Program-made: the position numbers and the translations under genes
Shown here: positions 16,998 to 32,426 of the stretch, piece after piece
Layout of the letters: every line of letters begins with the position of its first letter
How positions within the stretch are numbered: position 1 is the first letter of the stretch
Source of the DNA: the human T2T-CHM13v2.0 reference genome, Homo sapiens
Assembly: GCF_009914755.1 (NCBI RefSeq)
Contig: NC_060932.1
Reading direction: 5' to 3' (one strand)
Length of the DNA stretch: 64,000 nt
The notes under the pieces: model-generated
What the model was told of the DNA's origin: nothing
Seen by the model: the letters and a program-made list of their open reading frames with translations, nothing else
The model's database searches: none

Positions 16998-17597
16998 GTT
17001 TTTTTCAACTCGTATTTTAGGTTCAGGGGTACATGTGCCGGTGTGTTATATTGGTAAACTCATGTCAAGGGGGTATGTTGTACAGATTATTTCATAATCC
17101 AGGTACTAAGCCTAGTACCCAATAGTTATTTTTTTCTGATCCTCTCTCTCCCCCCACCCTCCACCCTTGAGTAGACCCCAGCTTCTGCAGTTCCCCTCTT
17201 TGTGTCCATGTGTTCTCATCATTTAGCTCCCACTTATAATTGAAAACATGTGGTATTTGGTGTTCAGTTCCTGTGTTAGTTTACTAAGGATAAAGACCTC
17301 CAGCTCCATCCATGTTCCTGCAAAGGACATGCTCTCATTCTGTTTTATGGCCGTATAGTATTCCATGGAGTATATGTACGTTTTCTTTATCCAATCTGCC
17401 ATTGATGGGCATTTAGATTGATTCCATGTCTTTGCTAATGTGAATGGCGCTGCAACGAACAAACACGTGTGTGTGGTCTTTACAGTAGGACGATTTCTAT
17501 TCCTTTGAGTATCTACCCAACAATGGGATTGCTGGGTCAAATGGTAGTTCTGTTTTTAGCTCTTTGAAGAATCACCACACTGCTTTCCTCGATAATT
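16998..17597 (-). mobile_element. L1PA (older primate, about PA13-16) 3' fragment
   Basis: ORF 17223..17540 gives the L1 ORF2 C-terminus (WIKK..YSMEYYTAIK..MSFAGTWMELE..ILSKLTQE..KYHMFSIISGS), followed by an L1PA 3' UTR. Confidence 0.9.
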
Positions 17598-18836
17598 GAG
17601 TTGTATGGGTCCACAACTCTGAAACTATTTTCTGTGTATTTTAGGGTAGAACAAACAAGTAAACACACTGAGGATAAGAGGAACTCACAATCTCACTGTT
17701 ACAGAAGAGGTACACATACGGAAAGGAGAGACAAAGAACCCTGTGGTGCTGCGCTGAAATGTAATGGGAGCTACCAGCATGTCATGGTGTTAATTTATAG
17801 ATATGAGCATATGGACAGTAATTAAGGATATGAGCAACCACGGTCCGCATGCCGACTCACAGCTCCCTCATTCTAGGTACAGTCCCATACAGTAACAAGA
17901 TAACCATGGCAGATCATAACATTCACATTTTTCTAAACTTTACTGTTTTACATGAAAAAGTGCTCAGAGAGACTGAGGTCATTCTCAAGACAGTCCTGAT
18001 ATTGATCCTTCCTCACATTATAAAATCACTAGATTCCTATAAAGGACATGATGACCCCTAGGAAGACAGCACCATTCTGCCCAACCTTTGTATTATCAAT
18101 AATAGTACAGTGCTTGGTGAAAATTAGGCCATCAATAAATGTTTTTTTCCTTATAAGTTAATAGAACAACCCTCCCTAAACACCCAGACTGACTCTTTCC
18201 TTCAAGTCTCCTGAGACACTCAGCAGCTGGAAGGCCGATCTCATAAGAACTGCTCTACATACCAACCATCTAAGCCTAGATTATACTCTAGTGTAAAATA
18301 CATAAATATGAATAAAGGAGGCCTCTCCTTTATTCATAATTGGGTTCAGGGATGGTAACGCAGTAAACAGAAACTGTATGCAACTGGAAACGTTTTCGAT
18401 GATAAGCAAAACTGTTCCCAAAAGGAACAAAAGCACCGAACCTCCAGGGCCCGGCACTGGCCTAGAACATATGAGCACTGAAATGTGTTGACTGATTGAA
18501 TGAGAAGGAGCCATATCATCCATAAGTACACAGAGCATCCAGAAAGCCTCAGGTGATACAGCAAGCTTTGCTGGCGTTCAACAAAAAACTCTGAGGTATC
18601 TCAGAAAAATATACATATTGATTACTTGGTGTTCTGAAAAACAAAAACAGCCTGTGTGTGGGTATCTCTGTCTTTAGCTCTATTAGCAAATTACAACCCA
18701 CATAAATGAGAAAAATATATTATTATGCTCTAGAAGAGAACAAATGTTCTAAGTGAAATCTCACCAAAAATGCTGCTACTGTGAGGTATGCAAAAAAATG
18801 AAGTCACCAAATGTGTTAAGTAAAGAATATACCTAC

Positions 18837-18926
18837 CTGCAGCATATCATCCACCATAGTTAGTATATACTGAACGGTCTGTTCTTTGCAGATATGAGTC
18901 ATCAGATTTATAAATGTTTTAGCACA
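18837..18926 (-). CDS. ATP6V1H: ATP6V1H exon 4 (CAKTFINLMTHICKEQTVQYILTMVDDMLQ)
   Basis: tttttttag|TGT...CAG|gtaggt. 90 nt, phase 0-0. Confidence 0.97.
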
Positions 18927-20540
18927 CTAAAAAAAAAAATGAAATTAAAGTTATTGTTTTTATTTGCAGACACATTTCAATGGAACTTCAGTAAAACATT
19001 GTCTCTCTTTCATAAATTAGGATACAAATATTACTAACAAATTTTACTTACAGAAAACATATACCTTTTATAAATATTGTGATGAAGTATGAGAGGACCT
19101 TACTATGGCTTGTATCAGCTTGTGAACATTTCTAGTGATAAGTTTCAGAATGTTTACTATTTTTAAATAGATATACTTAGCCACTAATAACTCTTGATTA
19201 CCGACGACGGCATAAAGTTATATAGGCAATCAAAAATTACAATTGGTTTTGAGTATTTTATTTGTTGTACTTAAAGGGAACAGAAGACAAGAGCAACAAG
19301 AGTACCAGAGATTGGAATCAGAAGGCCCTGACTAGTCTCCATTCTACAGTGTATCAACTACATGACAACCTCTCCATAATTCAATAAAAACTGCAGCCAA
19401 CAATATATTACCTACCAACTTCCCCATGACTGTTGTAAGAATCAGACCAATTTGTATATGGGCTCCTTCAGCCAATGAGGCCCCCCGATAGGCAGCAGAA
19501 TTGAACCTTATTATGGGGCCAAGTTCTAAACTCAGCATATAAATCAAATAGGGTACAAATCAAAACACTCTATAAAATCCCTTAAATCACCCCCCAAAAA
19601 ACATAGTTTTAAGTATGCAACAGCATTCAGTAATAGGTTTGGAGTCATACATTGAAAAACTTCCCCACCTTAAGGATGTATAAATTAAAGTGTATTTCAC
19701 TTGGTATTCACTCATTCAATAAATCCCCAATGTAACAAACAGCATGTGATAAAAACCATGCTATAAAAAAATGGAGACCTTATCAAAATCATACTTATCC
19801 TAGAACTTACGCCTACCTATGAATCATGTCTTCCATGGATAGACAGCCCACTCACCATACTGAATGTAAACAGTTAACAGTAACAAATAGTTGGGTTTTT
19901 TAATCAAAACACTAAAGTGGAAACACTTTAACCTATTTAAGCAAAATTAAAAAAAAAAAGATATAAGTTGCCCACGGTATTTCTGTCAGAACTCTTTTTC
20001 AGATATACTGCCATTTTGTTTGGATAAAAAGCTTCCTGGCAACTGCCCCATAAAAGGCCCATCACACCAGACACTGCTATTAAGAAAGAACTGTTTTTGC
20101 ACACTTACTAAGAAACAGGTTTAAAAAAAAATGAGAAAAAAAGAAAAGAAAGGGCTGTTTTAACTCCTAACTCCTTAAGGGAAAAGTCTTGTCTTATTAA
20201 CACACATCCCCAGTCTCACCAGGCACATGGCAGGGACTCAGTGTGTATGTGCTGAAAAAACAGTGAATCAGCTACATGTTCCATTGCACATGCGGTTGGG
20301 GTGGGGAAGCTTTTTCAAAGGATGACACCAACAGCAGACATCACAAAGGAAAGGAAGAACTAGATTTCATCGCACAACTTAAACTTCAATATGGCAAAGA
20401 CCCCATAAACCAAGTTAAAAATTCAACAAACAAGCTGAGGAAATATGGCATGCACAAAGCTGGTATACTTAAAACATAAAGGAAACTGACAAATCAATAA
20501 GATTATAAACACTTCCATAGAAAAGTAAATAAAAAACATA

Positions 20541-20879
20541 CAGCCATGTGTCACTTAACAATGGGGAAAGTTCTGAGAAATTCATCATTAGGCAATTTCC
20601 TTGTTGTGTGAACATCCTAGAGTGTACTTACACAAACCCAGATGGTAGTGTCTACTACATACCTAGGCTATATGGTAGAACCTATGGCTCCACACCTGTA
20701 CAGTCTGTAACTATACTGAATACTATAGGCAACTGTAACACAATAGTAAGTATGTGTGTGTCTAAACATAAACATAGAAAACGTGCAGTAAAAACATGGT
20801 AGTATAATCTTACAAGACCGCTATTACATACACAGTCCAACACTTACCAAAACATCTTTATGTAGTCAGTGCATGACAG
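20541..20879. mobile_element. Tigger3a (MER7A) DNA transposon
   Basis: cagccatg...catgacag termini flanked by TA, with an internal match to the Tigger3a consensus (gagtgtacttacacaaac..ctaggctatatgg). Confidence 0.88.
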
Positions 20880-21140
20880 TATAGAAGCAATCGATATGGA
20901 TACAAAAGGTGCCAAAAACCATCTGAAAATGTGTAACACTATTACGTTAAGATACTATCTTTCACCTATCAAAATGACCAAAAGATGAATGGCTAGACCC
21001 AGAGGGGGTGCTGGAGCAGGGGCATGGGCCCTCTCATATACTGCTGGCAGGATCTGCAAACTGGTACAATCTATCAAGACAGCATTTTCATCATATCAAA
21101 ACTCTCACACGCTCAAATAGTTTAATCAATAATTACACTC

Positions 21141-21291
21141 TTTTTTTTTTTTTTTTTTTTTTTGTATTTTTAGTAGAGACGAAGTTTTACCATGTTGGCC
21201 AGGCTGGTCTCGAACTCCTGACCTCAAGTGATCTGCCCGCCTCAGTCTCCCAAAGTACTGGGATTACAAGTGTGAGCCACTGCACCCAGCC
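21141..21291 (-). mobile_element. Alu left arm
   Basis: Antisense half Alu. Confidence 0.9.
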
Positions 21292-22376
21292 AGATAATTG
21301 CACTTCTCGAATTAATTATGAGATTACTAACTGTTCGCCTCAAAACAGAAAAAAAAGGAAGTAGCCAAAATATGCAACAGTATAGAATTAGTTTAGATCA
21401 TTATGGTTCATCCATTAAATGGAAAATTACACAACGGAACTTTCCATAAATGGGAAATAATAATAAATTAATTATTTTAAATACCACAGAAATATCTTTA
21501 CAGGCATAGTAGGGAAGGGAAGAATATACAGTTAAATGAAAAGAACAAAGATATGTACATATCACCCCTTTTTGTAAAAAGTTCACATTTGTAGAAATAA
21601 GTGTATAAGTTATTTTATGCACAGAAAAATATCTAGAGAGGTATACGCTAAGTGTAAACAAGTCACCTTGAACAGAGAAATATTAGGTAGAATAACTTTT
21701 TTCTTTTGCTTAATAGTATTTTATTTTTCTACAATAAACTTACCATGAAAGAATGTAAAACATCAATATATGTAACTAAACATTTTAAACCACTGTATAT
21801 GAAAAAACTCCACAACCCTTCAAAGATAAATAGTAAAAAAGGAAACTATGTTTGCTATAAATATGGCAAACAGTAATAAATTTTGTATGTAAAAAGACTG
21901 TTTATCAAAAAGTAACAAAACCTTATATATTAAAATAAAAAGAATGCCACCGCCAAAAAAATTTCAAAGGACATATAAATACTTAATAAATCAACAGGAA
22001 AATAATGTAATCCCATGTCATCAAAGTGATATCCCTTTTAACTTAGCAAATTCAAACATTTTCAATTATATTAGGTATTTCAAACATTACTAGTAAGAAT
22101 ACCAAGTGGAAAAAATTCTCTTAAAAAAAGAAAAGTTAAGCAACTTTTAAAACTTAACATACTCTGAAACAGTAACTTCTTTTCCAGAAATTTGTCTTCC
22201 AGGTGTATATTCTAAGAAAATATTCAGAAATACAGAAAAGGATGAAGGTAAACATGCTCAATATAACGTTCTTTCCAAATTAGCAAGAAAACTGGAAGTC
22301 ACTTATAATCACTAAGATTTTTCTAAACTTTTGGATGACACGGGGAAGTGTTCATTATATAATGTTTATTCATCAC

Positions 22377-22479
22377 CTGGCTGCCTTCAGTTTGAAGCAT
22401 CTCTTGCTTCTCTTCAGGGCTTCGTTTCATTTCAAACCTCTGAATAAACTCACAATCTTCAGCAGAAATCATCTGTCCC
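22377..22479 (-). CDS. ATP6V1H: ATP6V1H exon 3 (GQMISAEDCEFIQRFEMKRSPEEKQEMLQTEGSQ)
   Basis: ttactttctag|G GGA CAG ATG...CAG|gtgatg. 103 nt, completing the phase-2 codon from exon 2 (113+103=216). Lies within ORF 22323..22532. Confidence 0.97.
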
Positions 22480-23184
22480 CTAGAAAGTAAGAATAAGATG
22501 TTTTGTTCAGTAAGAGTTGAATATGTAAGCAAGCGATAGAGGAATTTTCAGTCCTTCTCTTCTCTCCTTGGCAGCAAACCACAAGGGCTGACGCAAGGGC
22601 CCTGGCATCAGACAGACCTGGATTCAATGCTTAGTTTCTCCACAAATAAGACAGTGTGAACTCCCTGGAACCTGAGTTAATTTATCTGCAAAATGCGAAC
22701 AATAATCGCATTGCCTCTAAGGGGCTGTACTGAGGATAAAATTAAATTCACATAAGGTGGTTAGTAGCATGTGGCAAATGGTAGGCACTCAGTAAAATGT
22801 CACCTCTCAGCATTACCCAGTGTCTCACCCTTATTCCCCCTCTCAAGCCAAACAATTCACATGGCTATCTAATTTATCAAGTCCAAAGCCACTTTATATG
22901 AATTTCTACGACCATTTTTCTCTAGTACATTCTTTCCCTCCAGACAGAAAAAAAAAAAACAAAACTGATTTTCCTCCTCTCTGGAAAATAACTCTCCATC
23001 CTGACCCCACACTCTCCTATTTTCCTCCATCTCTTCCAGGGGTCGCTTCATCACTGGCTCTTCGCCCTTCAAGGCTCCTCCCCAGCACTCAATCACTGAA
23101 ATCTTGCTTTTGATTTCCAAACTCCTTCCTGTGAGAGATTCAATCGAGAGTCCCATCTTCCCTCCCTCCCAATCATTTCCACTG

Positions 23185-23344
23185 TCTTCTACCTCCAGAG
23201 ATAGTCTTACCATTTTCAAATTCAGCATCATGTTCCTGTCATCTTCCCTGTCATCCCCAGTGAAGATGATATCCCACTGTCACTTTCCCCGGTGGTGATG
23301 CTGCTGAATTTGAAAATGATAAGACTATCTCTGGAGGTAGAAGA
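23185..23344. repeat. 43-bp inverted repeat with 74-nt spacer
   Basis: 23185-23227 matches the reverse complement of 23302-23344 at 42 of 43 positions. Confidence 0.95.
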
Positions 23345-23735
23345 AACACAGCTCAACCTTCCCAACTTCTCCACTCCTCAGGGACTCAATCATACAATAT
23401 AGCAAACCCCCATCCTAATCTCTAAATACAGACCCTTCCTTGTCTAAAAGATGTGTCAGCAGAACAGACCTGCTAGCCCCCTGTAAGACTCTGGGCACTT
23501 CAGGATTCATTCAAGTCAGCTCCTTTAAGCCACCAGTATGGTAGGAAAAGCAGAGAATTTGAGTCAATATGGGGAAGAGTTCCAGTTCCAGGTGTGAAAG
23601 CTTAGCAAGTCACTATTCATCTGACCACTATTCACACCAGTAAAACAGCAACTATGATACTACCTGCCCTAGCCCACTAGGTGGTTATGCAGATTAAATG
23701 AAAAAATATAAGAAAAAGCACTCGCTGTATATTAG

Positions 23736-24553
<818 letters not shown>

Positions 24554-24584
24554 GCATAGTTATAGAAGGATGGCCCACTTTCAG

Positions 24585-24830
24585 AGCTGCCTCGGGTCAG
24601 GCTCCCAGAGCTGGGCCCTGAGACGAAGATTCATGTACAAGTGATTTATGAAAGAAGAGCTCCCAGGAGAAGCCAGGGATAGCATGAAGGGCTCAGGACA
24701 CTGAAGCAAAAAAGCCCAGCAGGATTCAAGCAAAGAACCCAGGACAGCTTTCCCTGAGCCCACAGGAGAGCCTGGGAAGGTGAGGCACTCAGAACTGTCC
24801 CCTCCCCAAGAGAAGGGACCTGAACTTGCA
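24585..24830 (-). mobile_element. Old ERVL-class LTR fragment (LTR16/LTR33-like)
   Basis: The motif ccctgagacgaagattc..caagtgatttat..ctcccaggagaa. Confidence 0.55.
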
Positions 24831-26220
24831 TACGTCCTACTACTTCTACCCTTAACCCCACCCTCTTCCAAAGAAGACCTTGATTATTACATATTCAAAA
24901 ATCTATCAGTGTCCCTTCTGGGTTTTGTACATACTACTGCTATATGCCAAATTGTTTTGTATAGTTCAAATTTGCTTCTGGACTTTGTAATTCACTATTC
25001 TGTCTTCTTACATCAGTTTCACACTGTTTTAAGCACTGTAACTTTGTTTTCACACATGCTCATTTTTTAACATTTTAAACTATTCTCATGCATTTATTTT
25101 TTTCAACAATTTCTTAATTACCAACCCAAAGGAGAATTCTGTCTTTCTAGATCTCTCTTAGGCAGGTGACACTATGACTACATCTTGACACTCTCTTCCT
25201 TAGCTTCCAGATTCTTCTCATCCCACTCAAGTCACTCATCTTCACTGCCTCCTGTGCCTCAGCTACTATGAAAAGCTCTCTTCATTTCTCACTACACCCC
25301 CTGCGCTGAACTCTGGCATTATTTCCCCCGGTCCCCACTCATATCCTCCCACAGATGGCAGTGGCACTCCACACCCTACAGGCGCAGAACTAAGATTGTT
25401 AATCCCAAAGGCTAGAAGTTGGAAGCAAAAACAGACACTTTGCCCACTTTCCATTCTGGCTAAGCACTTCACGTACCGGTCAGGAAAAAATGCACTCTGC
25501 ACCCTGGGGTAGACTAAAATAACAAGGTCATCCAGTCTAGATCTGGCCCCAAAATAAATGAAATGTTGAGCACACTGATAAACCTGAACTTCCTAGATAA
25601 AAATAATTTTACCCCTAAATTTTGCTATGCTGATATGTAAAGGGATGTCATAACCTCTGTGAAGAAAATCATGTCAAAAGGTGGTGGTTTTTCTACCATG
25701 AAGAAGGTATACCATGAAGGCTACACTTGGTAACCTTATAATTTTGCAGCTTTCTTTTCCATTAAAATAACTGTTTCTTATTTGTCTAGCCACTCCCTAA
25801 CCTTTTTCTTTCCTTGTTTAAGTTATTTTCTCTCTGGGTCTTCCTTTGACATTTCCATAATCCAGCAGGTTCGGGGCTCTGGTATCTTCTAGAATGACCC
25901 ACAGCTAATCAGGCCCCAGACCTAACAATCTTCCCCTTAAAACTACTCTCCTCTCTACTTCCCTGCCTCTGGAGTAGCTCAGCACTAGGACAACCTTCCA
26001 CCAGTGGATTTCCCCGCATCCAATTCAACCTTCTTCAAAACCATCTTCTTACCTACTACCAGGCGGCCTTCTCAAGTACATATGGGGTCATATTATTCCC
26101 TTGGACTGTGAGTTCTACCTAGCACTTACGCAGAGGCATTCAGTAAAAATATTTAAAATCAATTGACTAACTAAAACCTATATAATCATGCACATGTTAC
26201 TTAACCCATCAGAACAGTTA

Positions 26221-26573
<353 letters not shown>

Positions 26574-26689
26574 CTATGTCACTGTATTTCTATGAAAATA
26601 ATGTTAAATAGGATGTTAGTTACCAAGCATGTTACTTCCTTTTCCAAATACTCATCTCCACCAATTCCTGATAAGCACAATACTCCATT

Positions 26690-27400
26690 CATAATTTAGT
26701 CAACTAATATTAACTGGCAGCCTACTACATGCCAGGCACCTGTAAGAACAGTTGACACATCAATAAATAGGGACCCCTCTTTTCAGCCTGCACTCCAGTG
26801 AGGAAAACAGAAAATACGCAAATACAAAAACAAATAATCTTGAAAACACACACACATGTTATAATGCTAAGGCTGTAAATGCTATGGAAAAAAAAAAAAA
26901 ACCAGTCCGGGTAGGGGGCTTGTGAGATCACCTATACAGCCACACAAATGAAGTGAATGAAGAGGCCAAAGAATCTAAGGGTGGAACTTCTGGAGAGACA
27001 GATACACAGGTCCAAGGAGCTGAGGTTTGCTATGTGAGAAAGATCAAGAAGGCGGGAGCTAGAGAGCTGTGAGCGAGGGGGCATGATCAGACTTGTATTT
27101 TTTTGAAATCACTCTCGCAGTTCTGTGAAGAATTGCTCCTACTGAGGCAGCAAGGATAGCAGAGACAGACAGCAGGCAACAGGCAATAACAACAGAGCAC
27201 ATGCAAGGGGAACACAACATGCACGAGGCAGGAACCGCAGACACAGGATCGCACTCAGATTCGAGGCATCTTTTGGACGTAGAGCTGGAAGAATGTGTTG
27301 ATGGGCTGGACATGGACTGTGAGCAAAAGGGAAGCAGCAAGGATGGCCCCAAGGTTTTTGGCCTCCGAAGCTGGTAAATGAAGAAGCCTGGAGAGAGCCA
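26690..27400. mobile_element. L2-like remnant
   Basis: L2-type motifs (gcctactacatgccaggcac, gatggccccaaggtttttggcct). Confidence 0.55.
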
Positions 27401-27476
27401 CACTGAACTACCTGAAGCTCCCAAGCACTGCATGTCCTCCCAGGCCTCAGCTCCCTGCCTGGACCTCCCTTCCTAG

Positions 27477-27953
<477 letters not shown>

Positions 27954-29608
27954 TAGCACAATTTGCTATTTAATTTGATAAAAGTCTGTTTCCTCATGAG
28001 ATTTAAACTCATGAGCAAGGATGGCATTTTATAATTCTTGTATCCTCAAGGTAGTTTTACCAGATTCCAGTTTGACTAGAACACAGCCATACCCATTCAT
28101 TTATGTATGTCTATTTATTAAGAAAAAAGCTTAATCAAATATAAATACATGTTTCAAATACTGTATTTTCATAACATATTAATTTGTGAAGAACAAAAGC
28201 ATATTGGGCTCTCGACACTGGGGGACGCTTCCACAGGTCTTATTATCTCAGTACAGAATGTGATAGAAGATTCACTGATTCTTCATGTGTTGGTTCCAGC
28301 CCCCAACAATCTGTAAGCTCTTTTATATGAGACACATTTCACACCCACCAGCACCCACACATCAACAGGCTCAACAGGCCCACAGTTAACATTTGGTGAA
28401 CATTTGCCCACAGGCCTACGGAGTGGAGGGGTTTTACAAAAGAAATTTGTGAGATGGACATCAGAACAAAAGACAGATATATAGGAAAACGGGAAAACAC
28501 AACATGTCATAGACCATGGGTAACGAAGAACAGAAATAAAGCAATTTTAAAAGCTCCATGTAACTACAAACATTCCAAATGCCAACGTTAGGCGGAGCTC
28601 TGGCCAGTCCACCAGTGCTTTATGATCAACAATATTATTCTATGTAGGCTATAAACAGATCCAGGCTTTATAAACATAAAACTCCCTGTCCTCTAGTCTA
28701 AATGCACTCTGGACTAAAGAAATTAGGAAACAGAGCTCAGAATCCTAATTTCACAGGGAATTTAAACAATTACACAAACACTGATGAACAGAGAAAACAT
28801 CAGCAAGTCTCCCCTCCTCCTGTCCTTCAGTCAGTGGCCCCACAATAACCCAGTTCCTTAAAGTAGGAATCCAGAAGTCATCCAAGACTTCTCTTTCACC
28901 CCCACACACCAAATCAATCACTAAGACTCTCTCAATCTAACCAATTCTATCTATTCCAATACCTTGGTTACTGCTATAGCTTCTCTCTACCTCTAGACTT
29001 ATCACCTACAAACTCACCCTTCATGCTGCTAGTAGAACAATTCAATCAAGAGGCAGATATGGTCTTCTAACTCCCGGCTACAAGATTCATTGGTTTCCAA
29101 CACCTACAGCTCCTTGGAAAATGGTGAATGGTCTCAAAAAGAGGGCTCTGGGACACACACTCCCACCTCCATTCTATCATTTTCATCTGTTTTACATGCT
29201 AACTTCATATCAATCATGGGCTTCACAGCTTAAAAATCAGCTTGAAAAGCACTGACTGATAGGATCAAGTCCAAACTCCTTCCAACCACACACCCACACA
29301 CAGCATCTTCACGATCGGCCCCTGGCTGCCTCTCTAGCCTCAGCTCTCTGCATTGCCTGCCTCCAAAACATGTATGACTCCCACCCAGTGTGCTGTTTTT
29401 GCTTCCCTGCCTTTGCTCACATTATCTGTTCTATTCCCAAGGCTGCTCCTACTTGCCACATGGCTAAATACCCATCATCCTCAAAAACTCAGTTCAGGGA
29501 CCAGCCCCTTCAGGAAAATTTCCAAGGGGTAGAATTACTTGTCTTTTTTATGTGCACCTGCCAGACCCTGTGCATCTTTCTATTGCCACAGTTAACATAC
29601 TGAATTAG

Positions 29609-29998
<390 letters not shown>

Positions 29999-30970
29999 TC
30001 AAAGCCTGGAAAAATGCCTCAAACTTGGCAGGTAATCAATAAATGTTTGATGAGTGATTAAATTAACAGAAATTAAAGGATCATTTTTGTACATTATAGA
30101 TCCCTCCTACAACAACACAAACTATTAATACTAATATAAAATTAACACTAATATAAAACTAGATTCCTCAATTTGTTTTTCAAAATGCATATGCAAATCT
30201 GAACTGAATTCCTTGGTAACTCAGTTATAAATATACCAAAATAAATATGAAGTCAATAAAATATGGTCAAGAATACATGAATGCTCACTTTATAGATAAA
30301 TACAAAATACTGAAACATCAGCACATTAAATATTAATACATACAAGAAAGAAGGGGGAACTAAAATGTATTGTATTCAACATACTAATGCTTGTATTCTA
30401 CTGTGCTAATAAATACATTATTTCAGCAACAAGCCTGTGGGGTATGTCTCCCCATTTCACATTTTACTTTATTGAGCCTCAGAGAAGTTAAGTGATTTGC
30501 TTAAGATCACCAAACTAATAGCAAGAACCAAAACTCAAATCCAAGTCTCTCAACTCAAATATCTGTGCTTCTTATTAGTTGTATGCACCACTCTAAAAAG
30601 GCCACCTGCCCCCATGCTGATTGCCAGGGCATATCAGACCAGTCTAGCAGGTTTTGCCCCTCATCCCCTTCCTCCCTCCGTTAGCCCAAGGACATTCCTC
30701 CTATGTTTCCCACTTATTCCAAAAGTACTTCCCCAGGCAGCCAGAGAAGGTCAAAAGCACCATAAGCCGCTCTGCTTCCCCACTAGGGCGCCAAGCTGTT
30801 TCCACCCCACTACACTTAACTCCCTAAGACAGCTAATTATTCTGAAGAGGAAGTGTTTCTTCCACATTTTTCAGTATTTTCCCTGTATTTCTCTCATAGA
30901 AGCATGACCATGAAAAAGTCTGATGCAAAAGCATATGACTGTCCATGATTCACAGCAAATTGGTACTTAC

Positions 30971-31083
30971 TGAAGATAGGATTGCCAGTTGACTTTGTTT
31001 GCACGAACTTCTGCAGCCTTGGCAGCAATAATATTGGTGGGGACAGCAGCATCCACAGCACCTCGGATATCCATTTTGGTCAT
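30971..31083 (-). CDS. ATP6V1H: ATP6V1H exon 2, coding part (MTKMDIRGAVDAAVPTNIIAAKAAEVRANKVNWQSYL)
   Basis: ATG at 31083-31081 and donor CA|gtaagt. The translation is the recognisable N-terminus of V-ATPase subunit H. The exon probably begins at 31118 (AG at 31120-31119), giving 35 nt of UTR. Confidence 0.97.
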
Positions 31084-32426
31084 CTAAACTTCGTAATCTT
31101 GAATGTCTTTCAACAAATCTTCAATTTTGATGCAAGGTAAAAACAGAATACGAGGTGTTTCTTTTTTTTACAACTATTAATATTATGATTATGAATATCG
31201 TGATCACTTTAATCTCCCCAGGCATTCAACTCAAATATTAAATGTCCTAAGTCTGAAAGTATCATTATATTTCAAATATTGTCCACTGCTCCATAAAAGA
31301 GTTCTTTAGGCTTTTGCTTTTCTAGAAAAATTTTTTTCATTATTGGCACTAACACTGCAGTAAGATTTTTAAAGCAATCACCTAATATACTGAAATCAGA
31401 AATCATGATTAAATAGAATAGGTATAAATATGGGAAAAATTGTAAATTTATACAATTGTGGTTAACTTTTCTCATAGAGAAACAATAAGAATATGAATAG
31501 TACGGATAAGGCTAGTTTTATAAACATTTACTAAGCATCATTTTGAAGTGGCACATTAAAAATTCTAAGTCCTTTCGAAAATTACTCAAATTAAAATACA
31601 CAAAGTGGGAACATAATTTCTTAGAAGACAGTGCTTTCCTTTTCAAACAAAATTCATAGTATTTGCAAAATCAAAATTCGGAGAGAAAGTTTTAGAACAA
31701 ATACATATTACAATTTAGGTAAGCCAACAATGGCGGTCTGGCTGGACGACAAGAACCTACAATAATGAAATTCTATGTAATTCTCACTCCTAAACTTCCA
31801 GATACAAACGACTGATTTTAACACAAAGCAAAATACAGGTTGCCACTTGCAAAACATAAATTCACGGCCATGGCCACAAAGAAGTTAAAATCCTACCCAA
31901 AATTATATTCCGGGTTTCCAACGATCTTAATCAATTTGGAACTTAATCTCTGTATCTGAAGATTTGCTGTATAAACAACCCTGGGCAGCGCGAACGACAG
32001 GGCCCAGGAAAAAACAGGCTTCAACTGGGCCAGGCTGGAACTCTGCAGCCAAGGAGGCTCAGCCTCAGCGGCCCGTCCTGGCGTAGCTCAAGGTGTCTCT
32101 AGACAATTACCTAAGTCCCTGAACTACTCGCACCCCCAGCGATCCAGGGCCGTGGCCCAGTCCTGGAGAAGGTATACTTTTTACCCCTCCCCCTCCACTC
32201 TCCTGCCCGCCCCTGACGTTTCTTCCCCCTGCGAGAAAGGCTCCAGAATTTCGCTTAATAAACCTGGTTGAGGCCTGGAAGAAAAGCAATCTGGCAACCG
32301 GGGGCCGAAGAACAGGAGAGGACCAAGCGGCGAGACACCAGCACGCACCAGGCAAGCTGGAGAAACTGCAAGAGTCGCCTGACCTGGTCTGCAGCCTGAG
32401 ACCAAACAACGCGAGGGCGGCCTTAC

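Larger units (their letters stand above)
20300..21760 (+). mobile_element. Degenerate L1ME-like 3' fragments
   Basis: Residual similarity to the L1 ORF2 end and 3' UTR, interrupted by Tigger3a and a half Alu. Confidence 0.55.
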
